Below are positions 14,270 to 28,240 of a stretch of DNA of 64,000 bases, piece after piece; positions within the stretch are counted from its first letter, which is position 1, and every line of letters starts with the position of its first letter. Origin of the DNA: the human T2T-CHM13v2.0 reference genome, Homo sapiens. Both the position numbers and the translations under genes were made by a program. The DNA is taken from the NCBI RefSeq assembly GCF_009914755.1, contig NC_060938.1. One strand, given 5' to 3'. The notes beneath the pieces were generated by a model. It was not told the origin of the DNA. It did not search any database and saw nothing but the letters and a program-made list of their open reading frames with translations.

Positions 14270-14480
14270 AACAATAATTAATGTATACTGTCTCTTGCTT
14301 TCTGCCAGTCACCAGTCTAAGCACTATACATGGATTGTCATTTGATTCTCACAGGAAACTTGTAAGGTAGGCATTATTCTTACGCATATTTTAAGGACCA
14401 GGATTGAGATTTGCCAGAATTCACACAAGGATTCCAACCCAGGAAGTCTCATCAAAAACTTGTTCTCTTCATCATACAAC
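14270..14480 (-). mobile_element. MIR fragment
   Basis: ctaagcactatacatggattgtcatttgattctcaca...aggtaggcattatt. Confidence 0.6.
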
Positions 14481-15570
14481 TCTATAATTATGCCTTAGTG
14501 TATGGATAGTAGATGGCTGTTAGCACTTAATGGTTTGCTTCTCCCAGAGTGGTTGCATTTGACTAGGGAACACAGCCTTAAACAAAAGCGCAAAGCTGTA
14601 ATTGTGTATGTTTCTAATCTGTGGAGACTAACTGAGGCCCCCAAAACCCAGTCCTGGAAGCAGTTGCCATTGGCCTTCATGTACACTAATGAGTCAATGT
14701 ACATGAAGATGTACATTTGGAGATGGAATTAAATAATATTCATAAACCTATAACACAGAGTTGGTAAGAGTTAAGATATTCAGGGAATCCCAGTCCTCTT
14801 GGTTATATGAATCTTCAGTCATGTAATCCAACTTCTTACCCAAGCAGGATGTTTCTTTCCGAATCCTTGAAAGATAGTCTTTAAGCCTCTTACTTCCAAT
14901 GCCAGAGAGCTCATTGTACGCCTCAGCTGACTGATCTTCACTAATTGTTAAAATGTTCTTATTCGTACTGAATGCAAACCTGCCTTCCCTGTAAGTCTCA
15001 CCTGCATGGAGGGTAAGACAAACAGGAGAGCTGCTTGCCTCCGCGGTCCTCAGACCTTCCCAAATAAAATGATACCCTCAAGGGCACTATCATGAATGAG
15101 AGGGAACACAAGTTGACTCAGGATTAAAAACCCCAAGAGGCCAGCCCCACCAGCAGCAGCTCTGAGGATGAAATTTTTACCAAATTTTACCATTTTCCAC
15201 AGCAATTACATAGTTAGGGAGCCTAATTCTGGGGGCTAGTCGTTTAATCTCCCCCAAACCACCTGACATCCAGTCTCCCTTCCATTCCTCAATCCACAGC
15301 CTAAATCATTTGACCTTGACAGCTTCTCCCCCTGTTATCTACCCCTCCCCGATCCTGGCTTCCAACGACTCAAAAAAACAGAGCAAAGTGGGATTCATGT
15401 GTCGAGTGCTGTGGTGTGTATATTTTGATAATGGTGACCTGATTTCAAAGGCCCAAATGATTTGAGGCTTTCAATATGTGATTATTTTCAAAACTCATGG
15501 CTGTATTTTAAAAAAAAAAGTTAGCCACTCTGATGAAAACAAACAGCAAATCAATAAGAAACTGCCTTTA

Positions 15571-15876
<306 letters not shown>

Positions 15877-16439
15877 CTATGAATGAGCTATCTGCCCAAA
15901 AAAGCAAGTTTAGTGTGCTTCAAGTTTGATAAGCTGATTTCTGGAAACTAGGTAGGTTTATTAAGGGAGGAAGGTTTTGTTCCTCCTGAAACTGTTATTA
16001 TGAAAGGCTGAGAGGACAAGAGGGACTCACCACTTGGCCTCCAAACTCAGACCCAGGGTTTTACCTAGTCCAAGAGGTAGCCCTGGCACTGGGCCAGGTA
16101 TTCAGCCTTATGTACAAACTCAGCTGATGAAGAAGTGCCACTCAAGTAATTAAAACACGATAGGAGAAGAGACAGGAAGGGCTGGATTCTCTCCAGTGTT
16201 GATGACAGCCAAGTTCTGGGCCGTTGCCTAAAATGGCTATCCCAAGGAAAAAATCAGTAAAAAGTTCCAACATTTTGTGATTATATTTTGGGTATGCTGA
16301 GGAGAGATTAAATCAGAAGGTTTCATACTTTTTTTTTTATTATTATTTCAATTTTGATTCTTGATATTTTACCCATTTTTTAAATGATTGGATAGCAGAA
16401 GGAATCAGCACATAGACCTTAAGTTATCCAAGCTAAAGG

Positions 16440-16560
16440 TCATAGTGTGTTAGAAAAAGCAATGACTAGGAGTTAGAAGGCAGTTTTCAAGTCTCAACTT
16501 CAACACAATTAGCTGTGATCTTGAGTAAGTCACTTAAGCCTATGAACTTCTATGAGAGAA
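16440..16560 (+). mobile_element. MIR fragment
   Basis: tagctgtgatcttgagtaagtcacttaa core. Confidence 0.6.
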
Positions 16561-16642
16561 GGACTTCAAGACCTCTTACATGTCTTCTAATTTAGTTTTG
16601 CCATGCCACGTAACAGCTTGCACCAAAAGATTTATCTATCTA

Positions 16643-16952
<310 letters not shown>

Positions 16953-19900
16953 TTATATATCCATACCTATATCTATTTGACTCTCTGTAAAGTGGTACAG
17001 TGTAGTCTCAGTTTCACTGTGTTTCCAGGCACAGCCAGCAAAGGACTTTAAAACTAAAGTGTCAGTGTTGGAGAGAAGGCAGAAATGTATGAATGACCTA
17101 CTGAATGGTAGGTCTTAAAATAACTGAAGAGGCTGGAAGAGGGACTTAAATTGTAGTGTTGGGGAAAGCTGAAATCGAGTAGGGGCTATGTTTAATTAAG
17201 GCAGCGCCCAGCACAATACATGGTGTCCAGTAGGTGCCCAATAAATGAAAACACTTATAAATTAGGACTTGCAGGTAATAGATAGAACATGCTCCAGTGC
17301 AGGGTTAAGTTGCAGGGGGAAACTTCTATAGTCCAAATCCTATCCAATGACTCTGGAAACACAGGGCAAGATAACCACAAAGGACGTTTTTATATTCATA
17401 CTTTTGACCTAACTCATATAAGTCAGAAAAGTCAGGAAAAGCAAGAGTGAACACATATAAATAGTTCCAGACTTGCTTTATGGAGACCTCCCAAATAGAA
17501 TAGTGTGGCTAGGATGAAAGGTAGTTCAGCAGCACAGGCCAGCCTGGAAGAGGAAGCAGTCAGTCTTGCTCTTTTCCTAGCACGTGTACGCTGGCCAGAG
17601 AGGGCAAACACTCAGTAGATGTCATGAGCAGGACCCAACCTGGAGACCGTGATAAAGCAGTCAAAGTTTTCCTTCTGCAGCCAAGTCTCCTCTTTCTGCC
17701 ATTTCCCCCTGAATTAGACTTGTTGCTGGCAACCCTTTGATTCAGAGATCTGGCAGTGGGAGTTCTGGGGAGTAATCCTTTAGAGTTATTTTTAAAGATG
17801 TTCATTAAGACAATGCTACATTTAGCTGGTTATATTTAACTACATATTATGCTGTAGATTCACAGTTATCCCTCCACACACCCATAATGGTCAAAAATAT
17901 AGTGAATACCAAAGGTTTGGCTTCCAATTCTCTATACCTCTTATCCTGTAAAATGGGAGGACTTCCATAGCCCTTTTGGCATGGAATGTAGTTAATTCCA
18001 TTTGTGAATAGAGACACCAAATCTGCTCCAAATTTTGGCTCAATTATCACCTGGGTTACAAGTTGCCTACCTCTATGCTTTTTCATTTGAGCAGTATTTT
18101 TCTATGCTGTAACCAAGCTTCTTAACCCAGTTATTAGCTGTTGTGCAAGGTAACTGCAGGACAACAAAGAGTTACAGTGTTATTATCCAAATGCATTCCA
18201 GCAACCCAAGAACATCATGTCCTCCTGATTGCTGAGAAACAAAAGCAAAATTCCCCCAAATATTTGAATCTCCCAAATAAAAGAGCAAGATTGAGGAGGA
18301 AGACCAGACTGGAAAACAAAAGAGAGATGGAACCTCCAGGGGGAGGTGGCAGATGGTCCACCAGGTGGACTTTGACAGTCCACAGAACTGGCCAAACTGA
18401 CTGGTGGACCAGGCAATTTTTAGCGATGATTGCAGTGTGAGCCAGAGTGCACCAGCCATATGGCACAGTGCCAGTCATCACTCCTAGTGACATTCCAACC
18501 AGAGAAGCAATACATTCATTGCTGGAAGGGGGTTGAGAGGCACCGGGGAGAAAGTGAAGAAGAATAGGCAGGCAAGCGGGATGGAATAGAACATACCCAC
18601 AACCCCAATCTAACAGGTTCCAACATGTCTGAACAGGTGACTAGTAAGGTGGCTTAACCTTTGTTGTCTGCACACCCGGGAACATTGCCCTCTGAGCAAG
18701 ATTTTATTTACTCAAAGAAGTAATTAAATCTGGTGGCATAGTGCTAATCAGGATAGCATTCAGCACTCGGAGCTGGAAAATTCTTTCTCTCCCCTTTGTA
18801 AATGCCCAAACCCTGGGCATCTTATTATTCAAGTTTCTAATTAAAAAGAAACAGGAACGGTTCAATAACCTGGAGCAATCCATCATGCTCACAACCTAAT
18901 AAAAGAATGCAGGGTCGCAAAGACACTCTCCCCTCTACTGGGTACTGTAAGACTCCACAGCGAGAAAGCAAGGAGTTGCTTGGTTCTTTACCTCTCTGCT
19001 GACTTAACTGTCATATTGCATAGTTGCTGCTAAACTGCACGAAAGGTATTTGTAATCTCATGACGGTGACTGGAAAGGGTTGAAGGACACAAATTAAGTC
19101 TCAGAGCAGTACAGATGACTAAGAATGGAAGGGCAGTCAGTTGACTCTTCCCACAATTCCCCGAACAAGGCAATTATTCATGAAGGAAATTTCAAATTAT
19201 TTTCATTAGACTTGTGTTTTACCAATCTAACCAAAGTGATTAATTAGGGATTAAAATATTTACTCTGCACATGCTGCCTTGGCTCAGCACTAGCATATTT
19301 AAGCATTGTGCTAAAAGGGTCAGCTGTTTCCAGTATTGTTTGGAATTCATTTCCTATTTTCCATGTAAAAGGGCACTGACATGCATGTCTATACCATACT
19401 TAGGGTCTCTCCAGGCACCAAACTGGAGAAGCAGGAAGAGGCTCCAGAGTTCCCACCCTTTGGCCTCAAATTTCTTCCTTGTTAGAACCACTTTGTGTCA
19501 ATGGTCATAGTTTTTCTGTGTCTATGTCTTTGGAACAGGATATTCAGAATGCCTGGGGGCAAACAACAACACCCCTGAGTAATGGCACATATAGGTCATG
19601 TTGTACAGTGAGATACACCATGGCACGCATGTGGGAGGGAGACTACAAGAATGGGGAGGGGGTTCTGAGATTTTAAAGGGGCTTTTAGTACTATAGGATT
19701 CCATAGAGCAAGTTATAAGAATGATTTTCAGTGTTGAGATAGTGGCAGCAAGATTGGTTATTCAAACAGGCCCATGACTCACTTGTTCCAGGGGTGCCCA
19801 ACAGGACTGGAGCATTTATATGAGTTTCAATTTACTGCCACTTCAATGAGACTCCAAATGGGACACCAGTACTGGAGTTATGCCTTGTTTACTCATAAGT

Positions 19901-20189
19901 TTCCAACCTTTTAAGAGATTGCTAAGACTCTGTACGGAAGGGGGTGGGAGAACTGCTTTCTTATACTGCTACTGGACACCTTCACTAAAGGGGTGAGACC
20001 CACAGGGGTCTGCACCTCTGAAGGTTTGCAAAGGGTAGTTAAAATGATGTGGATGATGCTTAGGAATTTTTCATTTTGCATCCTGCCAACAGTGCTAATC
20101 ATATTTCTTCAGTTCTCTCCTAGCCTTCAGAGATAGAGAAAAAATTATATTTATAATTATATATGCATAGGAATAAGCCAATTAATTAT

Positions 20190-20560
20190 TCTGGAAGCAG
20201 AGATGGTGAATACAAGATGGTAAATAAAACCATGAGCCTTGTAGGATATAGTTGAAGAGGAGAATAGTAAGTCCAAGACTTTGTCTGCAGGGACAAGCAG
20301 GGCTCAGGATGAGATGGGAGAAGCACTGCCGTGTATCAGGAAAACTACCAAGGTAGGGTGCACTGATGCCAAGGCTGAAAAATGTCCAATAGAGAAGGAT
20401 GACTCCACAGTATCCCAGGCAGGAGAGAAGTCCTGGATAGGTCAGAAGAAGGTATTCATTGACAGAGAGATCAGGAGTTTCAGTGGAGCATTGAGGCCAT
20501 GAGCCAGGTTGGCTGGAGCCCAAGGAGACAGCTGGTCTAAGAGGTGGATATGGCAGCAGG
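20190..20560 (-). mobile_element. probable L2 RT-region relic
   Basis: translation CSTETPDLSVNEYLL resembles the HSTETALxKVxNDLL motif of L2 RT; downstream ctcatggttttatttaccatct is L2-like. Confidence 0.4.
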
Positions 20561-20594
20561 TACAGCGACACAGCTCTGTAGTTTATCTAGGAAT

Positions 20595-20780
20595 AATAAT
20601 AATAACCATGAAAATAATGCATGGGGTGCTTTCCATGAGCCAGGTACTATGTAAGCAATATCTCACTTTCTTTAATCCTCACAACTATCCTATGTCCATT
20701 TTATACACAGCTATTAAGAGCCAGAACCGGAATTCAAACCAGATCTGCCATGGAGCAAAGCTTATGCTCTTAATGAGTAC
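20595..20780 (-). mobile_element. MIR
   Basis: gccaggtactatgtaagc...tttaatcctcacaactatcctatg...ggaattcaaaccagatctg. Confidence 0.7.
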
Positions 20781-20925
20781 AAAACAGTCTTAAGAGGAGA
20801 GAAATGGAAGGGGGACAAAAGGGGTTGGTGGGATCACTGGTGGGGAGCATTGTGCTACTAGTGAAGCCTTAAGGGAAATAAATCCAGGGGCATCTTTCAC
20901 TCCAGAGCAATAGCATGGTCTACAA

Positions 20926-21443
20926 CAGGGGTCCCCAACCTCCCGATACCAGTCTGTGGCCTGTTAGGGACCAGGCCACATAGCAGGAGGTGAGTGGTGG
21001 GCGAGCGAGCGAAGCTTCATCTGTATTTACAGCCACTCCCCATCGCTCACATTAGTGCCTGAGCTCTGCCTCCCGTCAGATCAGTGGTGGCATTAGGTTC
21101 TCATAGGAGCGCAAACCCTATTGTGAACTGCACATGTGAGGGAGCTGGCTTGCATGCTCTTTATGAGAATCTAATGCCTGATGATCTGTCACTGTCTCCC
21201 ATCATCCCCAGATGGTACCATCTAGTTGCAGAAAAACAAGCTCAGGGCTTCCACTGATTCTCTATTATGGTGAGTTGTAAAATTATTTCATTATATATTA
21301 CAATGTAATAATAATAGAAATAAGGTGCACAATAAATATAATATGCTTGAATCATCCTCAAATCATCCCTCCCTCCCCTGGTCCATGCAAAAATTGTCTT
21401 CCATGAAACCGGTCCCTGGTGTCCAAAAGATTGGGGACCTCTG
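20926..21443 (+). mobile_element. MER1A (hAT-Charlie3-derived MITE)
   Basis: TIRs caggggtccccaacc / gattggggacctctg; about 520 bp of characteristic internal sequence. Confidence 0.9.
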
Positions 21444-21469
21444 GTTAGAGACTCTAGGGAACACACTTA

Positions 21470-21660
21470 GGTTGGGAACCAGCAGGTTTGGATTCTAATT
21501 TCCACTCAGGTCTTCAAAAGTCTTTTTACTTTAGGAAAGCCGCTCAACCTTTGTGCCTTAGATTTTTCATCCATTAAACAAAAGAAATACTGCTTACCTT
21601 ATCCAATTTATGAGACTATAGTAAGGATGAAATACTGCAAATTAATTCATTAAAATGGTT
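21470..21660 (+). mobile_element. MIR fragment
   Basis: actttaggaaagccgctcaacctttgtgccttagatttttcatcc. Confidence 0.55.
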
Positions 21661-22429
21661 CACAATATTTGGCAAATGATATGGGGCCAGTACTTTGCCA
21701 AACACTTCACGTGCATTCTTTCTTCTAGCATTCATGATAACCCTATGCCTAGGTACTACCATTGCCATGAGATAAAAGAGAGAAGAAGAAATATTTCATA
21801 AAGTTCAAAGAACCACAAGCATGTAAGTTTTTATGATTATGGTTTTATAAGAAGCAGTGGCATCCAGCTTGAAGAGGAGATGGTAAAAAAAAAAATCTCT
21901 GAACCTTCTAGAAAAAGAAAAAGATAGAGGCTGAGGTAAGCCGTGCATAGGTATGTAATTAGGAATCATGTAAAATAACTGAAGGCTCAGTTACAGGGGA
22001 AATTTTATAGAGAAGCAATGTTGGTTACCTGAAATTATGAATAACCGAATTTGGGATCATCTTGGCTCCATTTCTGAGAGAGAATGTATCAGATATAAAA
22101 CAAATTGATCTTGGCTAACAGCTTTGAAACATTATCTGCCCCTAGAAGTTGGACATGTTTCAGGGTATTTTAAGTCTTAAGGGAAGTTATACTTTCCTTT
22201 ACCTTCTATCTAACTTTTATAGCCATTGCAACCTCACCAAGATGAAAAAGATGCATAACAGGATTTGCATTCCTTACTGGAATATGACTGCTGCAAGCAA
22301 ACAGTTCAGAACTTACTTGTTAGCAATATTATTAGAAGTCTCAATCGTTTTCCTCACAGGGCAAAATGCCCTGAGGTGAAAGAAGGCACCTGCCACTTTC
22401 TAATGTTATTTAATCTTTTTAGTCTGTCT

Positions 22430-22465
22430 GAGCTGTAAACTGTCAATCACAGTTAATGTTTAGTC
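22430..22465. promoter_or_regulatory. composite TF site: PBX-PREP/MEIS decamer next to FOX-like and HNF1-like motifs
   Basis: CTGTCAATCA at 22440-22449 (TGATTGACAG on minus), TGTAAAC at 22434-22440, GTTAATGTTTAG just downstream; repeat-free context. Confidence 0.35.
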
Positions 22466-23332
22466 ACCTTGAATGCTGTTTAATCAGTAGAATGCTTTGT
22501 ATATCTATAAATACCTGATGACACAGGAATTAAGTCCTCACAGTAATTACCCCTCTACATCATTGGACATCATTACTCACAGGCAAGGCCAAAACCATTT
22601 TTAATCTCTCATTGTTGTTCAGTAAGAAATGTTTCATTACTGCCACGTAACTGGAATGGTTATTTCACATGGAGAAAACAGGTAACTGAAGTCTGCACAT
22701 TGGGCTGTTTATAATGTTTGAATGGCCCCATCTGTCTTTAAATGCTGCTGATGACAGGATAATTATGATGACTGAACTGATTGCCAAGTGTATGTAGCAA
22801 GAAACAAGAGCAGCTCCGGTTCAGGATTTGATGTGATTCAACTTATGAAGGCCATTGAAAGAGGACTTTTTTAATGTAAGGAAAAAAAAGAGCGTAGGTC
22901 ATGCAGCAGTATTTTAATTGTTTATGTCTTTGTGGCAATGAATATTCCTTCCATCTTTCCTTTCTATTTTTTTCTTCCTTTCTCACTCTGTTTTCTTTTA
23001 TCCTTTTTGTACATTTTCCAGTTTATGTATACTGAGTACACACTATTTTTACAAAGAAAAATCAAATACATTTTTAAAAGCAATAAAATTATAACCATTG
23101 TTATTACATAAAATAAAGACACACTCAGTTAACATATTGCTATGTTAAATCTGCCGACACTAGCTTCAAATGCCTGCTTGCTACAGTTCTTGGAATGCTG
23201 GTCTGAGGACCCCAATCTCCAAATGGCTCTGTCAGCAGGATTACTGGGATGGATTCGACTTTGAGGGCTGTGAAAATGCTGTTTGGTAATGGTGCAGACT
23301 ATTTTCTGTCACATTGCAAAGCCACCATTAGT

Positions 23333-23472
23333 CTTCCTTTTCTTTCCTTCTTCCCTCCCTCCCTCCCTCCCTCCCTCCCTCTCTTCCTCCCTCTCTCCCT
23401 CCCTCTCTTCCTCCCTCTCTCCCTCCCTCTCTTTCTCCTTCCTTCCTTCCCTTTCTCCTCCCTTCCTTCCTT
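23333..23472. repeat. CT-rich polypyrimidine tract with a 24-bp internal repeat
   Basis: ccctctcttcctccctctctccct x2+. Confidence 0.9.
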
Positions 23473-24604
23473 TAATGTACCGTCTGCTTTTTTTTTTTTT
23501 TAAACAAAAAACACAGGTCTTTATAATTTCCATCACAAAAGCCAGGTCTTTGCAGGCCAGGGGAGCGAGTTCTGCCTGCAAGGAGAAGGTGCCTACTTGC
23601 TTTGATGAGCAAGTTCTTTCTGCGGGACCACGATGATTGAGTCCCCACGCAGAACCCTTTGGAGATGTAGCACTCATTGTTGACTGGCTTGGACTTTTCC
23701 TTGCCTTCCCGTTCTTGGGGACTTAGGCCCACATCTTTTTCACATCCTTCAGCACCGTGTTGCAGTGCCTGTGGAAGACCCAGAAGCCCAGGCGCTTCCT
23801 GGCAGTTAAAGAGCGCTAGAGTATTGTGCTTGACCCACTGTATGAGCATGGAGCATGGCCCGCGTTGAACTCCTCCTGCCCCTGTAGCACCTCCAGAGCC
23901 ATCTCTCTCTTTGGGGCTGGCTGAAGAGGCTGAGGTGGTGGCTGTGCTCTCAGGTCATGCCCTTCTCCTCCGTGTTGCTTCTCCTATGGGGCAGTGATAT
24001 GCGTTCTGCTTTTTTAAGGAGAACTTTAAAACTTGGATTTTTCTGTCTGGCTTAAAAGGGGTGGAGAAAACTCATTCACTCATTCATTCATTCATTTCAC
24101 AAATATTTCTTGAGCACTCCTGTGTATGCCAAGCCCTGCTCTGGGTGCTGAAATACAGCAGGGAAAACAAAAATCCCTGCCTGCACTAAGATGAAACATA
24201 GGGGAGATAAAAGAAACAAGACAATTTACCCAAACAAATCCTGTGTATGATGGTGATAACTGCTATGGAGAAAGAATGGAAAGAAAGGGAGACAAGTGAG
24301 TGTGTGCTGAGGGGTTGCAATTTAATTGGATGGTCAGGGAAACCTTGCTGATGAGGTAAGATTTGAGTCGAGGTGGTCAGGGACCCACGTCAGATGTCAG
24401 GGACCATTGGAGGGGGAGAAAATAGGAAGAAAACAATGCGCTGCAGAATGTGAAAGGAGGAACAGCAGAGAGACTGGCGTGGCAGGGGCATTCAAATGGA
24501 CAGTGGTAGAAAATGAGGTCAAAGAGCTAACTAACCATGGCTGCTTGGCATAGGGCTCCTGTGTTTTTACAGAGTGGGAGGCAAAACTATAAAAGTTCTG
24601 AGGG

Positions 24605-24907
<303 letters not shown>

Positions 24908-25344
24908 AAAGGTTCTGAGGGAGGAGTAACGTGATCTGATTTCACCGTAAGTCATTTTGGTGACTACGTTAAGGACAGACTGGAAAGCCAAGGGCAGAAG
25001 CAGGGAGACCAGTAAAAGGCTATTGCAGTGTTCCAGGTGCAGATATTAGACCAGTGTGATCACTGTGGAGATGGTAAAAAGGGGACAGATATTGAATATA
25101 GTGGGAAGGCAGAGCCAATAGGATTTATCGGCAGATCAGATGTGGGGTTCGAAAATGGTTTTTAGCCTGAGCAACTGGAAGGGTGAGGCTGACAAAAAAT
25201 ATCGATAGTATTTAAAGCCATGAGACTGGGTGAAGTCATAAGGGAAAGAGCATAGAAAAAGAAGAGACTCAAGGACTGAGCCCTGGGCACCCAGCACTGA
25301 GGCGGTAGACAGCTAAAGAGTAGAAGACTTTGGGAATACTTCCT

Positions 25345-25691
25345 GCTGTAACAAACAAAACCAAAAAGGAATAATGATTCAAATGCCATAGTTTATTTCC
25401 AACTCACATAAATTCAAAATGGGTGTTCCTGATTGGTAGGTGACTCTTCTTCCATTTTGTGATTCCTCCATCTTCAATCCGTGGTTTTCAAGGTCATCGT
25501 GAACATTTGCATTGTGTGAGGAGACAGGGAAATAGTATGGAAGAAGATTTTAGATTTTAGGGGCCGTATCTGGAAGTGGTACCTCTATGGCCTCCCTAAA
25601 CTACAAGGGAGTTTCAGAAATGCAGTCTAAATAAGTGTCCATAAAAAAGTAGAAAGCAGGCTTGGTAAATAGCTTTCCAGGCTCTGTCACA
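25345..25691 (-). mobile_element. old MLT1-type MaLR LTR inside L2
   Basis: gctgtaacaaac...aactacaagggag...aaatgcagtct...ctctgtcaca. Confidence 0.55.
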
Positions 25692-26052
25692 AGGAGGATC
25701 CAGCAAAGGGTACTAAGAAGACTGGCTAATGAGGTGTTGGAAAAGTCAGTAGAGTGTAAGGTCTAGAAAGCCAAGTGAAGAGAAGATTTCAAGGAGGATG
25801 GAATGGTTAAGTGTGTCCAATGCAGCTGAAAGATCAAGTAAGATGAAGGCTGAGAAATGACCACTGGATTTTATTAATTAATGTGTTTGGTGACTTTGGC
25901 AAGGGCAGATTCAGTGAAGTGATGGGGCAGTGACTTGTTGGAATGAATTCAAGAGAGAAATAAATAAAGGAAACTAGACAGAGTGAGCATGGATAACTCT
26001 TTCCAGAATCTATTGAATGGAGATCAACACAAAAGCTTGTCTGCTACCTTCC

Positions 26053-26540
26053 CTGTCATGGTGTGGCAGGAAATAAAATTCACCCCAAGTGGTTCAAATA
26101 AAGAAACCTTAAGAAAAGTATTACTTATAGAGGTATGGGGTGGTTTACAGGATTAACAACAGATGGTGAGGTACTCAGACACTTGCTACAGTGGAAAGCT
26201 GTTATCACCTCAAAACTGAAAGGTCAAAGAGAAGAAATAAGGTTACAAGAACACAATGAGAGATAAAACAGTAGAAAAGGGACACACAGTGGGAGTTGTG
26301 TTCACAGAGAGAGCCAAATGTAGCCTGATATACAGCATGGAAAGAAGGAGAGAGCCAGGAAGAACTACCCCGAACTATGACTCTCATCCTCTGAGCTCCA
26401 AAGATTAGCTAAGTCTAACTAGAAGTCCATGAGCAAGGGAGCTTGGGAGATATGATCCTCCCACGGCACAAAGCAAGGCAGAAAAGAGTGGAGAATGGAT
26501 CAGTATGTGAGGAGGGGAAGAACAGAAAATAATCAGCTCA
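26053..26540. mobile_element. old ERVL/MaLR LTR-like fragment
   Basis: resembles the 9994-10250 LTR fragment (gatggtgaggtactcaga...ggaaagctgttatcacc). Confidence 0.4.
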
Positions 26541-27230
26541 GAGGGATTGTTTGATTTGAATTTTACAAGTTAAAAGACATATCTTTTGCTTGATTGAGTG
26601 CTCCTGGGACAGTTACCATATCTTCACTGTCAACTATAACATGACATGAAGAAAATATGATTACCCCAAATAATACCAAACAGATTCTGTATAGCATACC
26701 ATACTTCTGGACATTAGCACACTGGATTAGTCAGAGACAACATCAATAGAATATATAGATAAATAGATATATGAGAGGGCATTTATTAGGGGAGTTGGCT
26801 CACATGACTATAGCGGCTAAAAGTCCCTCAACACGTCATCCACGAACTGGAGAACCAAGGAGGCCAATAGTGTGGCTCAGGCCAAGTCCAAAGGCCTCAT
26901 ATCTAGGGAAGCCAACGGTGTAACTCTCAGTCTGAGAGGCCAAAGGCTTGAGAACATGGGCGGCCTCTGGTGCAATTCTCTGGCACCAGAGAATTGGAGA
27001 ATCTGGAGTTCTGATATCCGAGGTCAGGAGACAAAGGGTGTCCCAGCTCCAGGGGAGAGAGAGAGAATTTATCTTTCCCCATCCTTTTTGTTCTATCCAG
27101 GTCCTCAGCTGATTGGATGGTGGCACCCACATTAAGGGCAGGTCTTTCCCATTCAGTCCACCAATTCATACCCCAGTCTCCTCCAGAAACACCCTCATAG
27201 ATACACACACAGAAATAATGCTATACCAGC

Positions 27231-28240
27231 ACTCTTAGCCAATTTTCTGTTGCTATAACAGAATACCACAGACTGAGTAATTTATAAATAAAAGAAGTTT
27301 AGCTCTGGAGGCTGAGAAGTCCAAGAGCATGGCAGTGATGTCTGCTTGGCATTAGGTGAAAGCCTTCTTGCTGCAACCAAACATGGTGGAAGGGTGGAAG
27401 GGTGAAAGGGTAAGGAGGACAAACATGTGAAAGAACACACTTTTACAACAAAACAATAACTAACCCTCTCCCACAATAAAAGCATTGATCCATTCACAAG
27501 GGTGGTGCCACCTTGACCTAATCACTCCTTAAAAACCCAATCTCTTAGTGTAAATTAGCTCAACCATTGTGGAAAACAGTGTGATGATTCCTCAAAGACC
27601 TAAAGACAGAAATACCATTCAACACAGCAATCTCATCACTGGGTATATACCCAAAGGAATATAAATTGTTCTATTATAAAGACATGTACACATGCATGTC
27701 AATTGAAACACGACTCACAATAGCAAAGATCTGAAATCAACCTAAAAGCCTATCGATGACAGACTGGATAAAGAAGTGTGGTAAATATACCATGTAATAC
27801 TATGCAGCCATAATAAAGAATGAGATCATATCATTTGCAGGGACATGGATGGAGCTGGAGGCCATTGTCCTTAGCAAACAAATGCAGGAACAGAAAACCA
27901 AATACTCCATGTTCTCACTCACAAGTGGGAGGCAAATGATGAGAACACATGGACACATAGAGGGAAACAACAGAGACTGGGGCCTACTGGAGAGTGAAGG
28001 GTGGGAGGAGAGGGAGGGTCAAGAAAAACAACTAATGGGTACAAGGCTTAATATCTGGGTGATTAAATAATCTGTACAACAAACCCCCATGACACAAGGT
28101 TACCTATATAACAAGGCTGCACATGTATCTCTAAACTTAAAATAAAAGTTAAAAAAAAGAACAAAACCCACCTCCCAATACTGTCACAGTGGCAATTAAA
28201 TTTCAACATGAGTTTTGGCAGTGACACTCAAGCCATAGTA
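27231..28240 (-). mobile_element. MST-type MaLR solo LTR, split by an L1
   Basis: 5-bp TSD CCAGC at 27226-27230 and 28241-28245; ends gcaattaaatttcaacatgagttttgg...ccatagta. Confidence 0.8.
27548..28162 (+). mobile_element. 5'-truncated old L1PA (about PA15/16) 3' end
   Basis: ORF2 C-terminus plus 3'UTR plus poly-A; approximate TSD aaaaccca. Confidence 0.9.

Noticed and set aside
19788-19871. Short MITE-like element (caggggtgcccaa...atgggacaccag)
   Set aside because: TIR match too degenerate and no TSD, so it cannot be supported
23249-23849. Pro/Ser-rich and Glu/Arg-rich ORFs
   Set aside because: Translations of a CT microsatellite
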